Source of the DNA: Haliotis rufescens
Lineage: Eukaryota
Reading direction: 5' to 3'
NCBI RefSeq assembly: GCF_023055435.1
Contig: NW_025963779.1
Span: 50,282,001 to 50,346,000 of the forward strand
DNA length: 64,000 nucleotides
Shown one piece after another: positions 11,004-24,442 of this stretch. Positions within the stretch are counted from its first letter, which is position 1; the number at the start of each line of letters is the position of its first letter. Made by a program: the position numbers and the translations under genes. The notes below the pieces were generated by a model. That model saw nothing but the letters and a program-made list of their open reading frames with translations. It made no database searches and was not told the DNA's origin.

Positions 11004-12008
11004 CTTGAAACGGAACTCCGCTCCACTGTCTGTGTTGTGAATATGTATGTATAGACATATGACATAGCACTGTAAATACGTATTTTCAGCACCGCATTAA
11101 AAATTTATTGACTTTATTGTTAAGAAACGAAGACTGGAAGACTCTATTGTTGCTTGTAAGAACATCCGCTGAAGCATATTTACTTGATGTACGGTAAACG
11201 AATTGGCTTTATTCTCTGAGGATAGGCGTTAAAACCACTTCAAAGTGCTGTTCAACTGCCGCTGAACTGTTCGATAACCATTGTCTCTCGGCTGTCATAG
11301 AAGCGGCATCAACACACAAGGTAGAAACAACTCAACGCGGTTTTGACGGTATATATAAAGCCCGTTGTGTGAAAATGACCTTCTGTTTCCTACGAGCATT
11401 GCCTTTTATGATAGCATTCGTTAATAATTAGAAGCACGGCCCTACCATCAAACAGGTCATTCTGTTTGATCAACAATGAAACCTAGCATTTACTAAACGT
11501 ATCCATAGATACAAGTGATCAAAACATTAATATATTGATTAAAAAGTAACAAAACGTTGACAGCACCTCAAAATGACCCTTGTATATTACAGACATTGTC
11601 GGTTAGCAATGTTCCAGCTATATAAGGTATCTGTAAATAATCGTGTCTGGACCAGACAATCCAGTGATTGACATCATGAGCATCGACCCACGTAATTGGG
11701 ATCGATGACATGCATCAACCAAGTCAGCGAGCCCGACCGCCCGATCCCGTTTGTCGCCTTTTACAACAAGGATAGTCGCCTTTCACTGCAAGCATGGGTT
11801 GCCGAAGACCTATTCTAATTAATTAAATCCAGGGCTACATCACTGAGCAATATGTAGCCCTGGATTTAAGAAACAAACGATTATCGTACAACAAAACACT
11901 GCAGGTAAAATAAACCACTCGGGACTGTGCCCCTAATGGTGTATTCTCCATGCAATATATTATTGTACCATATACAACGACCACGAGTCGTTTATTTCTT
12001 ATATCAGA

Positions 12009-12288
12009 GGGGACACGGGTGGCCCAGTCGTCTAAAGGGCCGCGATTCGCCGTGCAGAGTTGCGTCCCTTGGACACGCCAGAAACCCCTAAATATTGGTT
12101 CGAATCCCGGTTCGCCCCAATAATGTTTCTAGGTTTGTCAGCACCATACCCGTGCGCTTGACTTTCACCAAAGTGATAAACGTCTGAGACCTGCCTCACT
12201 TCGGGCTTTCCTCCAAAATTAAGCTGACAAGCCGTGATATAACTGGAATACTGTTAAAAGCGGCGTTAAACCCAACTCACTCACTCAC
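12009..12288 (+). mobile_element. tRNA-derived SINE family C with (CACT)n tail; other copies at 15915-16190(-), 39795-40060(-), 56531-57145(-, split), 58970-59230
   Basis: A box TGGCCCAGTCG, B box GGTTCGAATCC; TSD TCTTATAT(C/G)AGA; shared body GGTTTGTCAGCACCATACCCGT. Confidence 0.85.
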
Positions 12289-13189
12289 TCTTATATGAGA
12301 TATAAACATGATGAAATAAACGAAGAATGGCAGTCGTTTGGTTTAATAATACTCCCTGCAGTGTTTCTTTGGTACGAAACAGGTACCCCTCGTCGTTTAT
12401 TTTTTATATCAAGTGCTTTATACAATAGCTATAATGATGAGCCCCTGAATGGAATCCGACCTCGGCAATGTCGAACAAGTCCATTTGATACTCAATGGGT
12501 ATTTCCTGCATGTTCTCACAATCCTCGTGTCGATTATCTGTACCGTTTCTCCCAATACCGATTTTGATATCGCCACCACTTTCGGATGCGATCATGCGAC
12601 CATCGCGTTTATCTGCGGTACCCAGCTACATCTATGAGGAACTCACTAGACACACCCCTCTCAAAAATATAACGCCGTCTAATATACAACGTCTTCAAGG
12701 TGCGAGCGCATGTTCGAATCTCCAGAAATGACGACATGATAGAACAATGTTTTATCGTGAAATAAACCACACTTCGTTCTTCATCGTTCTTTGCGATTTA
12801 TCGCGTATCTATCTTACACATACACATATAGGAATATACGTTTGCGCTACACACAAAAGGTTATAAATAAACGGACATTAATAGGCATCGAGAAGTGAGG
12901 AATGGCTGGGGCTATGGATTTATACACTAAAGATAATAGTCAGAACTCCATTGCAACAAAGTCTACCAACTGTTGGAGCAGTTGGACTACATTACTTCCT
13001 ACATGCAATCCACTTCCCCCTGGACAATGTTATGTGTTTAAGAAGATCAAACAAATCAGTTCGGTGGTGGCGCCCATTCATGCCATGTTTCAGGTGTGCC
13101 ATTTTCTTTGACGCGCATTGTCCAAACTAATTTGTTACCAATGTGTTCAGCCGGTATATTATGTTAAACATTGCACACTAATCACGGTA

Positions 13190-13445
13190 TCAGCCTCTGT
13201 CTACTTCTGCTATGTCTGACCGTGCCTTCTCCTTTTGCAGTCCACAGTTATGGACTTCTTTGCCTTTGAATCTGAGAAACTCTGCTTCTAAGGAAACGTT
13301 TAAGTCTCTCCTCAAAACCAACTTCTTCACCTCAGCTTTTCAATAGATCTCCTGATTGTTGGCATATGTACATAGACATTACTTTTTAGCCTTGTCACAG
13401 CGCCAGTGAGCAACTGTCGATGGATATTAGGCGCTTTACAAATCA

Positions 13446-13501
<56 letters not shown>

Positions 13502-13508
13502 CATTATT
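13190..13508 (+). mobile_element. L2/CR1-group LINE 3' end with (TAT)n tail
   Basis: Translates RAFSFCSPQLWTSLPLNLRNSASKETFKSLLKTNFFTSAFQ*, then a short 3' UTR and microsatellite tail. Confidence 0.7.
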
Positions 13509-14481
13509 TGTGCTCTGTCTAAAAAAACTACAACGAAAGACTGGAGTCTCCATTTCCGAATGCTAATGCATGTACTGTCTTAAGGAAGAGACTGTGTCAA
13601 TCAACTATTAGGATAATAACAGTAAAGATATCACAAGGACACCCTGATGCACTCCGAATTCAAATATCAATAGTAATGTATCTATGTGACATGTTTGATC
13701 AACAAAGTACTCGGAACATATTGAAAAATCGATATTCATGTCTCATTTCAATTCATAGCATAGATGCAATGATACTAGACTTCCATTTACCGTTGTGTTT
13801 AAACTAACAATGGTCTGTGATTGAATGCAAAGCTTTTAATGGGTTTTCAAAAGGAACAGACGATATGTTTCTGAAGCTGTTTATCTTTGTAACATTTAAA
13901 AAAATACCAAGGAACACAGCAAATTTTGAAATCTAGTCAATCTATATAATCCATTCAGCTGTTTGTTTGCAATTTTGTACCAAGATTTGTCAAATCAAAG
14001 CAAACCACTTTGTATGGTCATGAGTGTACTTTACAAAATGTTAATATCGTACAAAGAGACCGTTGAGCTATGGTTGCCCTTTGTCTATTTAACATAAAGT
14101 GTAAGTGTTACGTTAGCCGTAGGGCTGAGATCACTTTGGCGGCTGATTTCATCGCAACATTGGAATCATCACAAACGTCGTCTGTGTTTCTGTTGTATAT
14201 CTCACTGTCCTTGATGCTTGATGCTGTCATTTATCATAAGGAGGCGGTGGAGTATGATCGTGGTTTGTCACTACGAAGGTCCGGATGCGAATCCACCATG
14301 TGTGAACTCCATTCCGGTATCTACAGCCATGTTACTGGTCGGATAGAGGTAAACATGTACTCAATCACTCAGCTGACTTTTGTAAAGTTGAAGTCATCCC
14401 ATTTGTATACAATATTATGGAGACTTTCTTGTCACTTGACATTTCCATACATAGATTAAATGTGAAACAGACGAGGCGTTG

Positions 14482-14742
14482 TCATTGGTCTTTTTTTAGT
14501 TTGGGTGGGAAAATCAGTGGCGTGGATATGGCTTTTTGACCATTATTGAAAGATACCAGATCATCGATATACCTGAAGTATAAGTTAAATTTCTTGTCAA
14601 AATGTCCTTGTTTTGATTTTCCCAATTCGCGATTAAATCTCCGATTCACGTGCATAAAGAATTGAGGACAACACAGTTGGTGCCCAGATTTCACATATAT
14701 GTTATTAATGAGGAAGTGCAGCATTTTACATATCAGAAACAA
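14482..14742 (-). mobile_element. Penelope-like reverse-transcriptase fragment
   Basis: FNLYFRYIDDLVSFNN contains the RT catalytic YIDD motif in PLE-type context. Confidence 0.6.
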
Positions 14743-15914
14743 AACTAACTTTACTTGAATGTCCTTTGCATTAACAGTATTAGTTATTCTCTTCCTGCTA
14801 TGTTGGGAACAGCTTCCCCAAATGATGAATCAAATGACGACCAATAAACTGAAGTCATACACTTACACTGTCATTTACGATCGATAGGTTTGTACATTGT
14901 TTCTATGCAGTTGACTAAGCAGTTGAAATTATGTCCTATACTTGTATGGATAATATTCTCATCCCTATTACCATGACATCCAGGAACAACTTGAGTTATT
15001 TTTCTATGGATGATCTTGCTGACCCTGGAGTGAATGAGTATGGTTTAAAAGCGCTAATATTACGGCGGGGGGACACCAGAAATGGGCTTCATACATTGTA
15101 TCCCTGTGGGGAATCGAACAGGCCACCCCATCGCCCAACTGACCCTGGAAGACGATGCAACTAACGAGTACGCGAATCATGAGAGTGTATCACACGTGAC
15201 AATAGAACTTTATATATAACACTTGATTACGTGGTGGATTTTTGTGACTGAAATAGGCTTAAAACAGAGAATTGCATCGGAAAAGCCTTTAATATCATAA
15301 TTTGTTTCTTTCCTCTAGTGGTAAGCATCTACGATCTCTCCCGCCTCCTCACACTTAAATCTAAAACGCTGTAGTTAGCATGAATACTATTTCTGGTTTT
15401 GCCAGTCAACAACGTCGAGCTGTCACATGATAATAACAATTAATACATACCTTAGTTTCCGGACTTCACATGAAAGTGCAACGCATCTGGTAAACAACCT
15501 ATACGTGCCTACGCATCTAACAGCATGCACATAGTCATTTTGATAGCGACAATCCGGTTATTTATCATAAATGTTGATTTGTGATTTTCAGACATTCATG
15601 TTAAAGATTATACAGTTGGAACAATTTCTTCTGCATGGTTTCATTATATCTTCAGTTTCATGAATCGGTTCTAATTATAGCAATTGAAACATCTCCTATC
15701 AAATAAAAAATCGTCAACGCGTCGGGCTTTAAAGACAAAATAGTGATGAACTACATATGAATGGATGGATAACAGTTTTGACACCGGGTGTTTGCAAAAA
15801 GGGTAAGCGTGTCCTTCTCTACCTGTCAGTCACACTAATTCCATAAGAATATAATCGAAACCAGCAATACTCCTGTCATACCAATGCGGGCTGTAAAACA
15901 ATTGAGTCTGTATC

Positions 15915-16190
15915 AGTGAGTTGGTCGGGTTTAACGCCGCTTTTAACAATATTCCAGTTATATCACGGCGTGTCAGCTTAATTTTTGAGGAAAGCCCGAA
16001 GTGAGGCAGGTCTCAGACGTTTATCACTTTGGTGAAAGTCAGGCGCACGGGTATGGTGCTGATAAACCTAGAAACATAATAGGGGCGAACCGGGATTCGA
16101 CCCCACAATCATAGGTTTCTGGCGTGCCAAAGGGACGCAACTCTGCACAGCGAATCGCAGCCCCTCACACGACTGGGCCCCGTGCCCCCG
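15915..16190 (-). mobile_element. SINE family C, full length
   Basis: Close reverse-complement match to 12009-12288. Confidence 0.85.
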
Positions 16191-16331
16191 AGTCTGCATC
16201 AGACAATCCATTTAATATAGAAATTCTATCGATGGACAGCTTACCTATCATATTTGAAAGTATGCAATAATAATCGACTGAAATCATACATATAGAAACA
16301 CGTCTCGCAATAATTCAAAATGTATATGAAG

Positions 16332-16562
16332 TTTTGTTTGTTTTTTGTTTAACACCACACTCAGCTATATGACGGCGGTCTGTAAATAATCGGGTCTGGA
16401 CCAGACAATCCAGTGATTGATATCATGAGCATCGATCCACGTAATTGGGAAACGATAACATGCATCAACCAAGTCAGCGAGCCTGACCACCCGATCACGT
16501 TAGTCGCCTCTTGTGACAAGCATGGGTTGCTGAATATCTATTCTAACCGGGATCTTCACGTG
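16332..16562 (-). mobile_element. SINE-like family B, full length
   Basis: Matches the family consensus from head to AAAC tail. Confidence 0.85.
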
Positions 16563-18042
16563 TTCTTTTATGAAGTACCCAGGCGTAGTCGCATACTGAC
16601 CATACATGTACAAGTATTGAACAGTAACATGGCGAGGCATGGGGGTTTTCATACGTGATAAGAAGATTTCTGTTTGCTGTTACCCAAGAATAATGAGTCA
16701 CTCAAGATTATTTGTAATATTGTGTGTTTTAATTTAATTAGTCTTTTGATTCTTTCTTGTCGCACAGTGCTGATTAGGTCGTTATGCCAGTTACACGTTG
16801 TCTTGGAAATAACAAATAAAAGTATCAAGTAGGAATGCATTTCTAAAGAGCTAAAGACATAAGACTGAATGAATACGCCGCTTTGATTAAAACACCAGTA
16901 GTCACGAGTGACATCTATGTTGAACTCGTATACAAGAACATGATCAGCCGTTGTAGAAATCATCCTGTCAATATGGGTGAACAAAGGTCAGCTGGAATAA
17001 CTGTTTCTGTCAACCTACATTTCATTGGGAAAACAGCCTCGCGTGTCCAGAAGACCTAGATCTGCTCCCTGGTATTTACTGAATTCATGAATTACTCCAC
17101 GGAATCGGCGATGACAACCACAATACATTAGAATAACAGATGATCTGCAAAGAAAATCTCTTTGTTGATGTTGGCTGTCGGCTGTGGGCTGTGTGATGCG
17201 ATATTGTCTCAAAACACGTGTTTCCCTGAGACCGATTCTTTTATACCAGTTTACACATGTCAGACAATTATTTCTATTTCGAAAAGGAAAAAAAACACTT
17301 CTACATGTACGTGTACATAGTGACACAAATAATCAATTTATACCACGTATTTAAGGCAAAGATAATCAGTTTAACTTACAAAGCATTAATAACTTACCAT
17401 CGAATACAGATGTCCAAAATATAGGCGACAACATGTTTTCAATGAGCCGAAGCAATGCACCCTAAAGGTCTTTTGTACAATGTCATCTATTATGATTTCT
17501 TACGACTTTTAATTGAACTATTTGTTGTTCTCTTTCAATAATGCATGATGTGTATTTTTTTTAAAAGTTGGGTGTCCCAGTCATCTTTGGCTCCGCTATT
17601 CATTGTGCAGAAATGCTTCCCAAAGGCAGGCGGGCTGAAACCTATGATTTGGGGTTCGTATTCTCGATTCAACGGGATCTGTTGTCAACACTATACTTCT
17701 ACTCATGAGTTCAAGTGGTACACAACGTACATCTGCATAATTTTGAACTTTTCCCCCACTTTCTTCTATTCCGTATGAGTTTTAACGACTTTGATTTCTT
17801 ATTAATTTGTTGATATTGTTGATGCAAACCCTTGGTAGGATAATTATCTAGGTAATGCAATGTAAATAAAATCTCTAAAAAAGGGTCGAAAATGGAGAAA
17901 AAAGGCGAGATATAGGTCGAAAGGACACGTGTATTTGTGCAGCGTAACTCTGAGAGCTCGTCCTGTTCAGAAAATGCTTTCACTCTATCTTTATTTGCCC
18001 CTCTTAAGAATATCGATTTGGGTCAAAGGCTCTGTTTAAATA

Positions 18043-19332
18043 TACTGAACCGCAAAATAAACGTCACCCCAAGTAACATTGCATGAAAAGTTGTCTGGGT
18101 AATTTTTGTCAAAGTTTCTGAAATTTAACATTACCTTGTCCGGAAAAATGAAATTTGATGATAAAAAAACAATGCAGATGACAATAAAATCGATCACCAA
18201 ACGCATCACGGCAACGGCCATGGTAACCCGATGCACGTGAGTTCCGTGCAAATTTAAATGCAAATGCGTTCCCCCATTTCTTGCCCTCTAAAAATCCACC
18301 CAGATCGGATAACATTCATTCGTTATTGAATTGCTACCACATGCCAAGATTGACAAGAAATCAGCGACACAAAGCCCTTGGACGTTTGCAAGCAGGACAA
18401 ACCGCCCGGCAAGTAGCCAATGCTTTTCAAGTCCACGTAAGGACCATGCTTAGGCTCCAGCAACGGTACCAGACCGTGTAGTGGAAGACCATGGGTCACC
18501 ATTCGACGTCAGGATCGTTAGATTGTGCGACAGCATCTTCAAGATCGCTTTGTTCTGTTGCGGAAACTGCTCGACAGACCACGGGGACACACCAGCGATA
18601 CCGTGCGTCGACGAAAAAAGTCTGGCGACGCCGTGGGGAACGCTATTCGCATGCTTGTGTTGTTGAGAGAGACTCGTGGGGTGGTCCCAGCATCATGGTC
18701 CTGGGTGGAATTGGTCTTGCACAGAGGGTCGGCCCTATGGTCTTCTTGAACATCGGTCCAGGGAGAGGCAATGGTGTCACAGCAGCTCTGGAGACCACAC
18801 GCCATACCTCATTTGGCACGTCGCCGCAACCACGAGTTTCAGCATGATAACGCCCGTTCCCATCCTGCATCAAGAGACTTCCTCCATCAGAATGGCATCA
18901 AAACGATGCATTGGCCTGCCCTCAGTCCCGATTTAAGTCCCAATGTGCACCTGTGGAACGAGATTCTAAGGCGGCTGAATGACGTCCGACCAAGGCCGAC
19001 AACTGCAGCTGAACTGCGTCAGACGTTCCTCAGAGTGTTGGCTATAGTGCCTGTGGCCTTCATCAACCGCCTCATCCATTCCATGTATCGACGTTATAGG
19101 GCAGTTTTCAATGCACATGGCGGACACACTAGATACTGACTTGTGATGCCACTTTCTCAGAGTCTGGTATTTTGTGTCACTTTAGGAACGTTTGACACTT
19201 TAATTCCAACCTTGGTGATATGTTTTGCCAAGTTTCATCTTTTTAATATGTCTGAAAGTATGTTTACAGTGTTTGGACAAATGAGGTGTCTCAGATATGT
19301 ATCTATGGTGACGTTTCTTTTACGGTTCAGTA
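18043..19332 (+). mobile_element. Tc1 element, internally deleted and frameshifted transposase
   Basis: TIRs TACTGAACCG(C/T)AAAA(T/G)AAACGTCACC flanked by TA; fragments MPRLTRNQRHKALGRLQAG, FQHDNAR, WPALSPDLSP, GGHTRY. Confidence 0.92.
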
Positions 19333-19417
19333 TATTACAAAAACATATCGTCCATATTACAAAACACATATCATAATTAAATAACACTAATTATTCGTAA
19401 ACGAGTGATGACGGTTA

Positions 19418-21147
19418 TATCTGGAAGATGAGGTTTATGTACACTTGGTCATCACAGTTATTGTTGGAAGATGAAGTATATGTACACTGGGCCACACAGG
19501 TATTGCTGGGAGATGAAGTATATAAACACTGGGTCATACAGATATTGCTGGAAGATGAAATATATCTACAATGGGTCATACAGGTATTGCTGGAAGATGA
19601 AGTATATCTACACTGGGCCATACAGGTATTGCTGGGAGATGAAGTATATAAACACTGGGTCATACAGATATTGCTGGAAGATGAAATATATCTACAATGG
19701 GTCATACAGGTATTGCTGGAAGATGAAGTATATCTACACTGGGTCATACAAGTATTGTTGGAAGATGAAGTAAATCTACACTGGGTCATACAGGTATTGC
19801 TGGAAGATGAAGTATATCTACACTGGGTCATACAGGTATTGCTGGAAGATGAAGTATATCTACACTGGGCCATACAGGTATTGCTGGAAGATTAAGTATA
19901 TGTATACTGGGTCATACAGGTATTGCTGGAAGATGAAGTATATCTACAATGGGTCATACAGGTATTGCTGGAAGATGAAGTATATCTACACTGGGCCATA
20001 CAGGTATTGCTGGAAGATGAAGTATATCTACACTGGGTCATACAGGTATTGCTGGAAGATGAAGTAAATCTACACTGGGCCATACAGGTATTGCTGGAAG
20101 ATTAAGTATATCTACACTGGGCCATACAGGTATTGCTGGAAGATTAAGTATATGTATACTGGGTCATACAGGTATTGTTGGAAGATGAAGTATATCTACA
20201 CTTGGTCATTACAGTTATTGTTGGAAGATGAAGTATATGTACACTGGGTCATACAGGTATTGCTGGGAGATGAAGTATATAAACACTGGGTCATACAGAT
20301 ATTGCTAGGAAGATGAAATATATCTACAATGGGTCATACAGGTATTGCTAGAAGATGAAGTATATCTACACTTGGTCATACAGGTATTGCTGACCGCCTC
20401 GGTGGTCTTGTGGTAGAGCGTCCGCCCGGAGAGCGGAAGGTCCGGGGTTCGATCCCCGGCCGCGTCATACAAAAAGACGTTAAAAGATTGTACTTGTTGT
20501 TACCCTGTCTGGCGCTCGGCATTAAGGGGCTTAAACAAGGACTGGTCGGCTCGGAGTCAGTATACTGTGTCTGAGTTGGGTATTCATGTTAAACTGCGGC
20601 ATGGTATCTCTAGCTAGCACTATGAATCGGCATCAGTCCGGACTAGTACAAGCAGCCACACACACACATACACGTGCATGGGCTATATAAGTGCAATAAT
20701 ATTGGACACGGCGTTACACCCAATTTCACCTCAACTCACAGGTATTGCTGGAAGATAAAGTAAATCTACACTTGGTCATACAGGTATTGCTCGAAGATGA
20801 AGTATATCTACACTGGGTCATACAGGTATTGCTGGAAGATGAAGTATATCTACACTGGGTCATACAGGTATTGTTGGAAGATGAAGTATATCTACACTGG
20901 GTCATACAGGTATTGTTGGAAGATGAAGTAAATCTACACTTGGTCATACAGGTATTGCTGGAAGATGAAGTATATCTACACTGGGTCATACAGGTATTGT
21001 TTGAAGATGAAGTATATCTACACTGGGTCATACAAGTATTGTTGGAAGATGAAGTATATCTACACTGGGTCATACAGGTATTGCTGGAAGATGAAGTATA
21101 TCTACACTTTGTCATTACAGTTATTGTTCGAAGATGAAGTATATGTA
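19418..21147. repeat. 42-bp minisatellite (about 33 copies), interrupted by a SINE
   Basis: Unit GGGTCATACAGGTATTGCTGGAAGATGAAGTATATCTACACT; period 42 (e.g. 19741 and 19783). Confidence 0.97.
20393..20737 (+). mobile_element. tRNA-derived SINE family D inserted in the 42-bp minisatellite; related pieces at about 41197-41454 and 41763-41875
   Basis: A box TGGTCTTGTGG, B box GGTTCGATCC; 13-bp TSD ACAGGTATTGCTG at 20380-20392 and 20738-20750. Confidence 0.88.
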
Positions 21148-22664
21148 CTGAGTCAAATTAAAAACTTCACATCTTTAAAAGTAATCCCATATATGATATA
21201 CAACGGACAAATGTATCAGAGAAGGTAATTTTTAATAATTAATGTCCAAAGAAGGATTTTAATTAACGGTGGTAACCAGAATTTGTTCTCCAAGCACCTA
21301 CGGTATTCGGGAATAACATCAACAGTTTAAATCATAAGTCTCAAGCATGAGAATCTGATGGCACACAAGTTCAGTAGCGTGTATGGCCCCCATGTGCGTT
21401 GACAACTGCCACACAACTCCTCCACATGGACCTTGTGATTCTTGTGAACACATGATTGTTGCTGCAAAATGGTGCCAAGATCTTGCAAATTCTGTGGTTG
21501 GTTCTGGAGAGTGTGCAGACTTCTGCCAAGAGCATCCCAGACGTGTTCGATGGGATTGAGGTCGGGAGACCTTGACGGCCAGTCCAAGACGTTGACTCCC
21601 GCATTCTGAAGGAAATTCCTTGTCAAAATTGCAGTGTGGGGTCTGGCATTGTCGTGTTGGAAGATCAAACCGGGTCCATGTGCTGCCATAACAGGCAGAA
21701 TTTCTGGAGCCAGTACCTGGTCGCGGTAAGCAGCAGTGTTGAGGTTGCCACGGATGACAAGAAGCCTGGAACGTGCATTGCCACAGAAAGCACCCCACAC
21801 CATGACAGTTCCCCCTCGAAATCTGTCAACTTCCTGTACACAACACTGGGCGTAACGTTCATGACGGCGCCTCCACACCCTCGCCCTACCATCAGCAAAT
21901 CGAAGATTAAATCGGGATACATCACTGAAGACGACTTGATTCCAATTCCTCACAGGTCCATCGTAAGTGTCGCTGTGCCCACAATTGACGTTGACGTCTG
22001 TGTAATTGAGTCAGAATCGGCCCGCAGTATGGCCGTCGTGCTTGAAGGTGAGCAGTTCTCAGACGGTTTCGAACAGTTTGCGCACTCAGTCTACCCCTAA
22101 ACAGTTCATTTCTGGTTGATGTAGCCGTCAAAAATCGGTTACGGAGGTGACGTAAGACAATTTGACGATCCTCTGCATGTGACGTCACACGTGGTCGACC
22201 TGGCCGGGGGCGATCAGCGGTGGTACCCGTTTGCTGTAGATCATGTAAATCTGTAAATCATAAACAGTCCGTCGACTACAACTCATCGTCCTTGCGACTT
22301 CAGCTACGGACGTTCCCATCTGCAACATGCCGATGGCACGTTCACGTTGCACATTTGAAAGGCGTTGCATGACAAATGGCCGTAAAGACTTTTGTTTCTT
22401 GTGTTTTTCTTTTTTTTGTTAATGACTGCTAACAAGTATGGCTGAAAACACGTGCGGTATTATGGCCACGTGACCAGCTGCACGTGAAAAACCACTTTTG
22501 CCACTATAGTGCTGTGCACATGATTTTGATCGATTCACCTGCACAAAAACGGGTGTTATCTGAAGACGATACGTGGCCATTACTGTTTAAATACACAATA
22601 AGGGCCCACAATGATAACTGGTCAAAATGTAAAAAATTTAGGATTGTGAAGTTTTTAATTTGGT

Positions 22665-22670
<6 letters not shown>
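21146..22670 (-). mobile_element. Tc1 element, frameshifted transposase pseudogene (start 22370)
   Basis: Imperfect 26-bp TIRs ..CTGA..CAAATTAAAAACTTCACA; ORF pieces MQRLSNVQRERAIGML, FSDVSRF, FQHDNARPH, SPDLNPIEHVWD, GGHTRY. Confidence 0.92.
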
Positions 22671-22733
<63 letters not shown>

Positions 22734-22787
22734 AGTCACTTGTTGTACAAAGGCATTGATAACTGTTCATTGTCATGTCACATAAGG

Positions 22788-22917
22788 NNNNNNNNNNNNN
22801 NNNNNNNNNNNNNNNNNNNNNNNNNNNNNNNNNNNNNNNNNNNNNNNNNNNNNNNNNNNNNNNNNNNNNNNNNNNNNNNNNNNNNNNNNNNNNNNNNNNN
22901 NNNNNNNNNNNNNNNNN
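22788..22917. other. Assembly gap; others at 41455-41628 and 44186-44333
   Basis: Runs of N. Confidence 0.99.
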
Positions 22918-22963
22918 TATATTTTTAGTAAATATATTTCAAATAAAGTCGATATACATAATT

Positions 22964-23019
<56 letters not shown>

Positions 23020-24279
23020 AAACGTCAGCGCGTCTCGAATATCTGCCGAAACAGATTCCTTGTGGACGCCATAAGTTGGAGCTGAGGACACCAGAAATGG
23101 GCTTCACACACTGTACCCATGTCGGGAATCGAACCCGGGTCTTCGGCGTGACGAGCGAACGCTTTAACCACCCAAAGTATGTGATTGGCAGTGAATGTCA
23201 TCAATTAAGAAGGCTGTCATGATCAGCTGAATTAGATACCGACTTGACAATGGTGGTGTTTTACGCTGGCGTTTCATATTTCAAAGAGTATCATGTGCGA
23301 CAAAAGATGTTGTATGCCGTACGTTCGATCGGTATCAGAATCGCAAACACTTTCCCCCGATATTCAATTGCATATCTATGATTTCAAGTTGTGTTAACTT
23401 TCAGGGAATCATTAAACCTACCACCATAATCAAATATGCATACCCGATAAATATTGATATAACTGAAGTCCAAATATAATCCAAATCAGTAAATGAGAAC
23501 TGACAGGTTGTTTCTGGTTGGAATAGTCATCAGTATTGCTTGCCATGTAGTCATCTGGAAACGGTCGATCACTTTCTCTGTGGACAAACGTTTCATTTAA
23601 AAAACCCTCTCAGATTTGTATCGCCTCTTCACCATAGAAGACTCCCCTCAAGATAAATGCATTACACCTCCCTATATACGTCCCTGAAGTACGTCAGAAG
23701 GTGTAGGAAGTACAAATGAGCGGGTTTACACAGGAATAGGCGTGATTCTTGGAAGCAGCTGACTCCTGAAAACGGTAATCTGAACGTGATCAATCGCAGC
23801 AATGGTCATACGTTTATCGCTGAGTCTAATCGAGGTACTACTCCTAAGAACTGTGATATCAGCGAGGGTCATTCGACAAATGTTGCCTTACATTAAGATA
23901 TTCACTATCGATGGGCGGATATGTTTCTTCATCAGGAGAAATTCAGGCATGTTCAGTGGGCACATTTAAGCTCGACATTTTACGAAGAGCTAAGGACATT
24001 AGTGAGTGATGTCATAAGTGAGGCCGATCTGAAATGCTTATAAATGACCATTGCATATTGATAGAAGCTGGTAGGCAACAGAACAAATGCATCAACAAAT
24101 GCATCAAGTGTGAATATGTGGCGAACACATCCCAGCTGGTGGTAATTTGATGATGCATGACGATCATTTTCATCAAATGTTTTAGTTGTGTTGCTAAAAG
24201 CATTCTGGATCAACTTGGCTTCAACTGTTTCGCGACCACCCTTGCTTCCCGGATTGAACGACGTGTGTCATAACTGTAC

Positions 24280-24442
24280 ATGCGACATATTTCCAACACC
24301 ATGTCCGCTACAACATGGGAGAATGGTACTATGAGTGACGTAACAACAGCTTTATTCCTAGGAAAGAATTTTCGGGTTAAGTCTCACGACGATGCCACTT
24401 GGATACTCAGCAGCGCTTTTGTGGTGTTTACCATGCAGTCAG
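24280..24442 (+). CDS. Amt: Amt B candidate first exon 1a (..SHDDATWILSSAFVVFTMQS); start could be ATG 24280, 24301 or 24331
   Basis: TM1 motif followed by phase-1 donor TCA G|GTAAAA. Confidence 0.75.

Noticed and set aside
11346-11362. TATA-like box for Amt A
   Set aside because: It lies about 350 bp from the ATG in AT-rich DNA with no transcription-start evidence.
20393-20465. Possible tRNA gene
   Set aside because: A/B boxes are present, but the sequence runs into a SINE body with a TSD and has no proper acceptor stem or terminator.
19415-21228. Long repetitive ORFs (LLEDEVYLHWVIQV / CMTQCRYTSSSSNT / MKYIYTGSYRYCWK)
   Set aside because: These are by-products of a 42-bp stop-poor minisatellite, open on both strands and interrupted by a SINE, with no splice or homology support.
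22740-22969. ORFs spanning N runs (also 41375-41719 and 44135-44504)
   Set aside because: Artefacts of assembly gaps.
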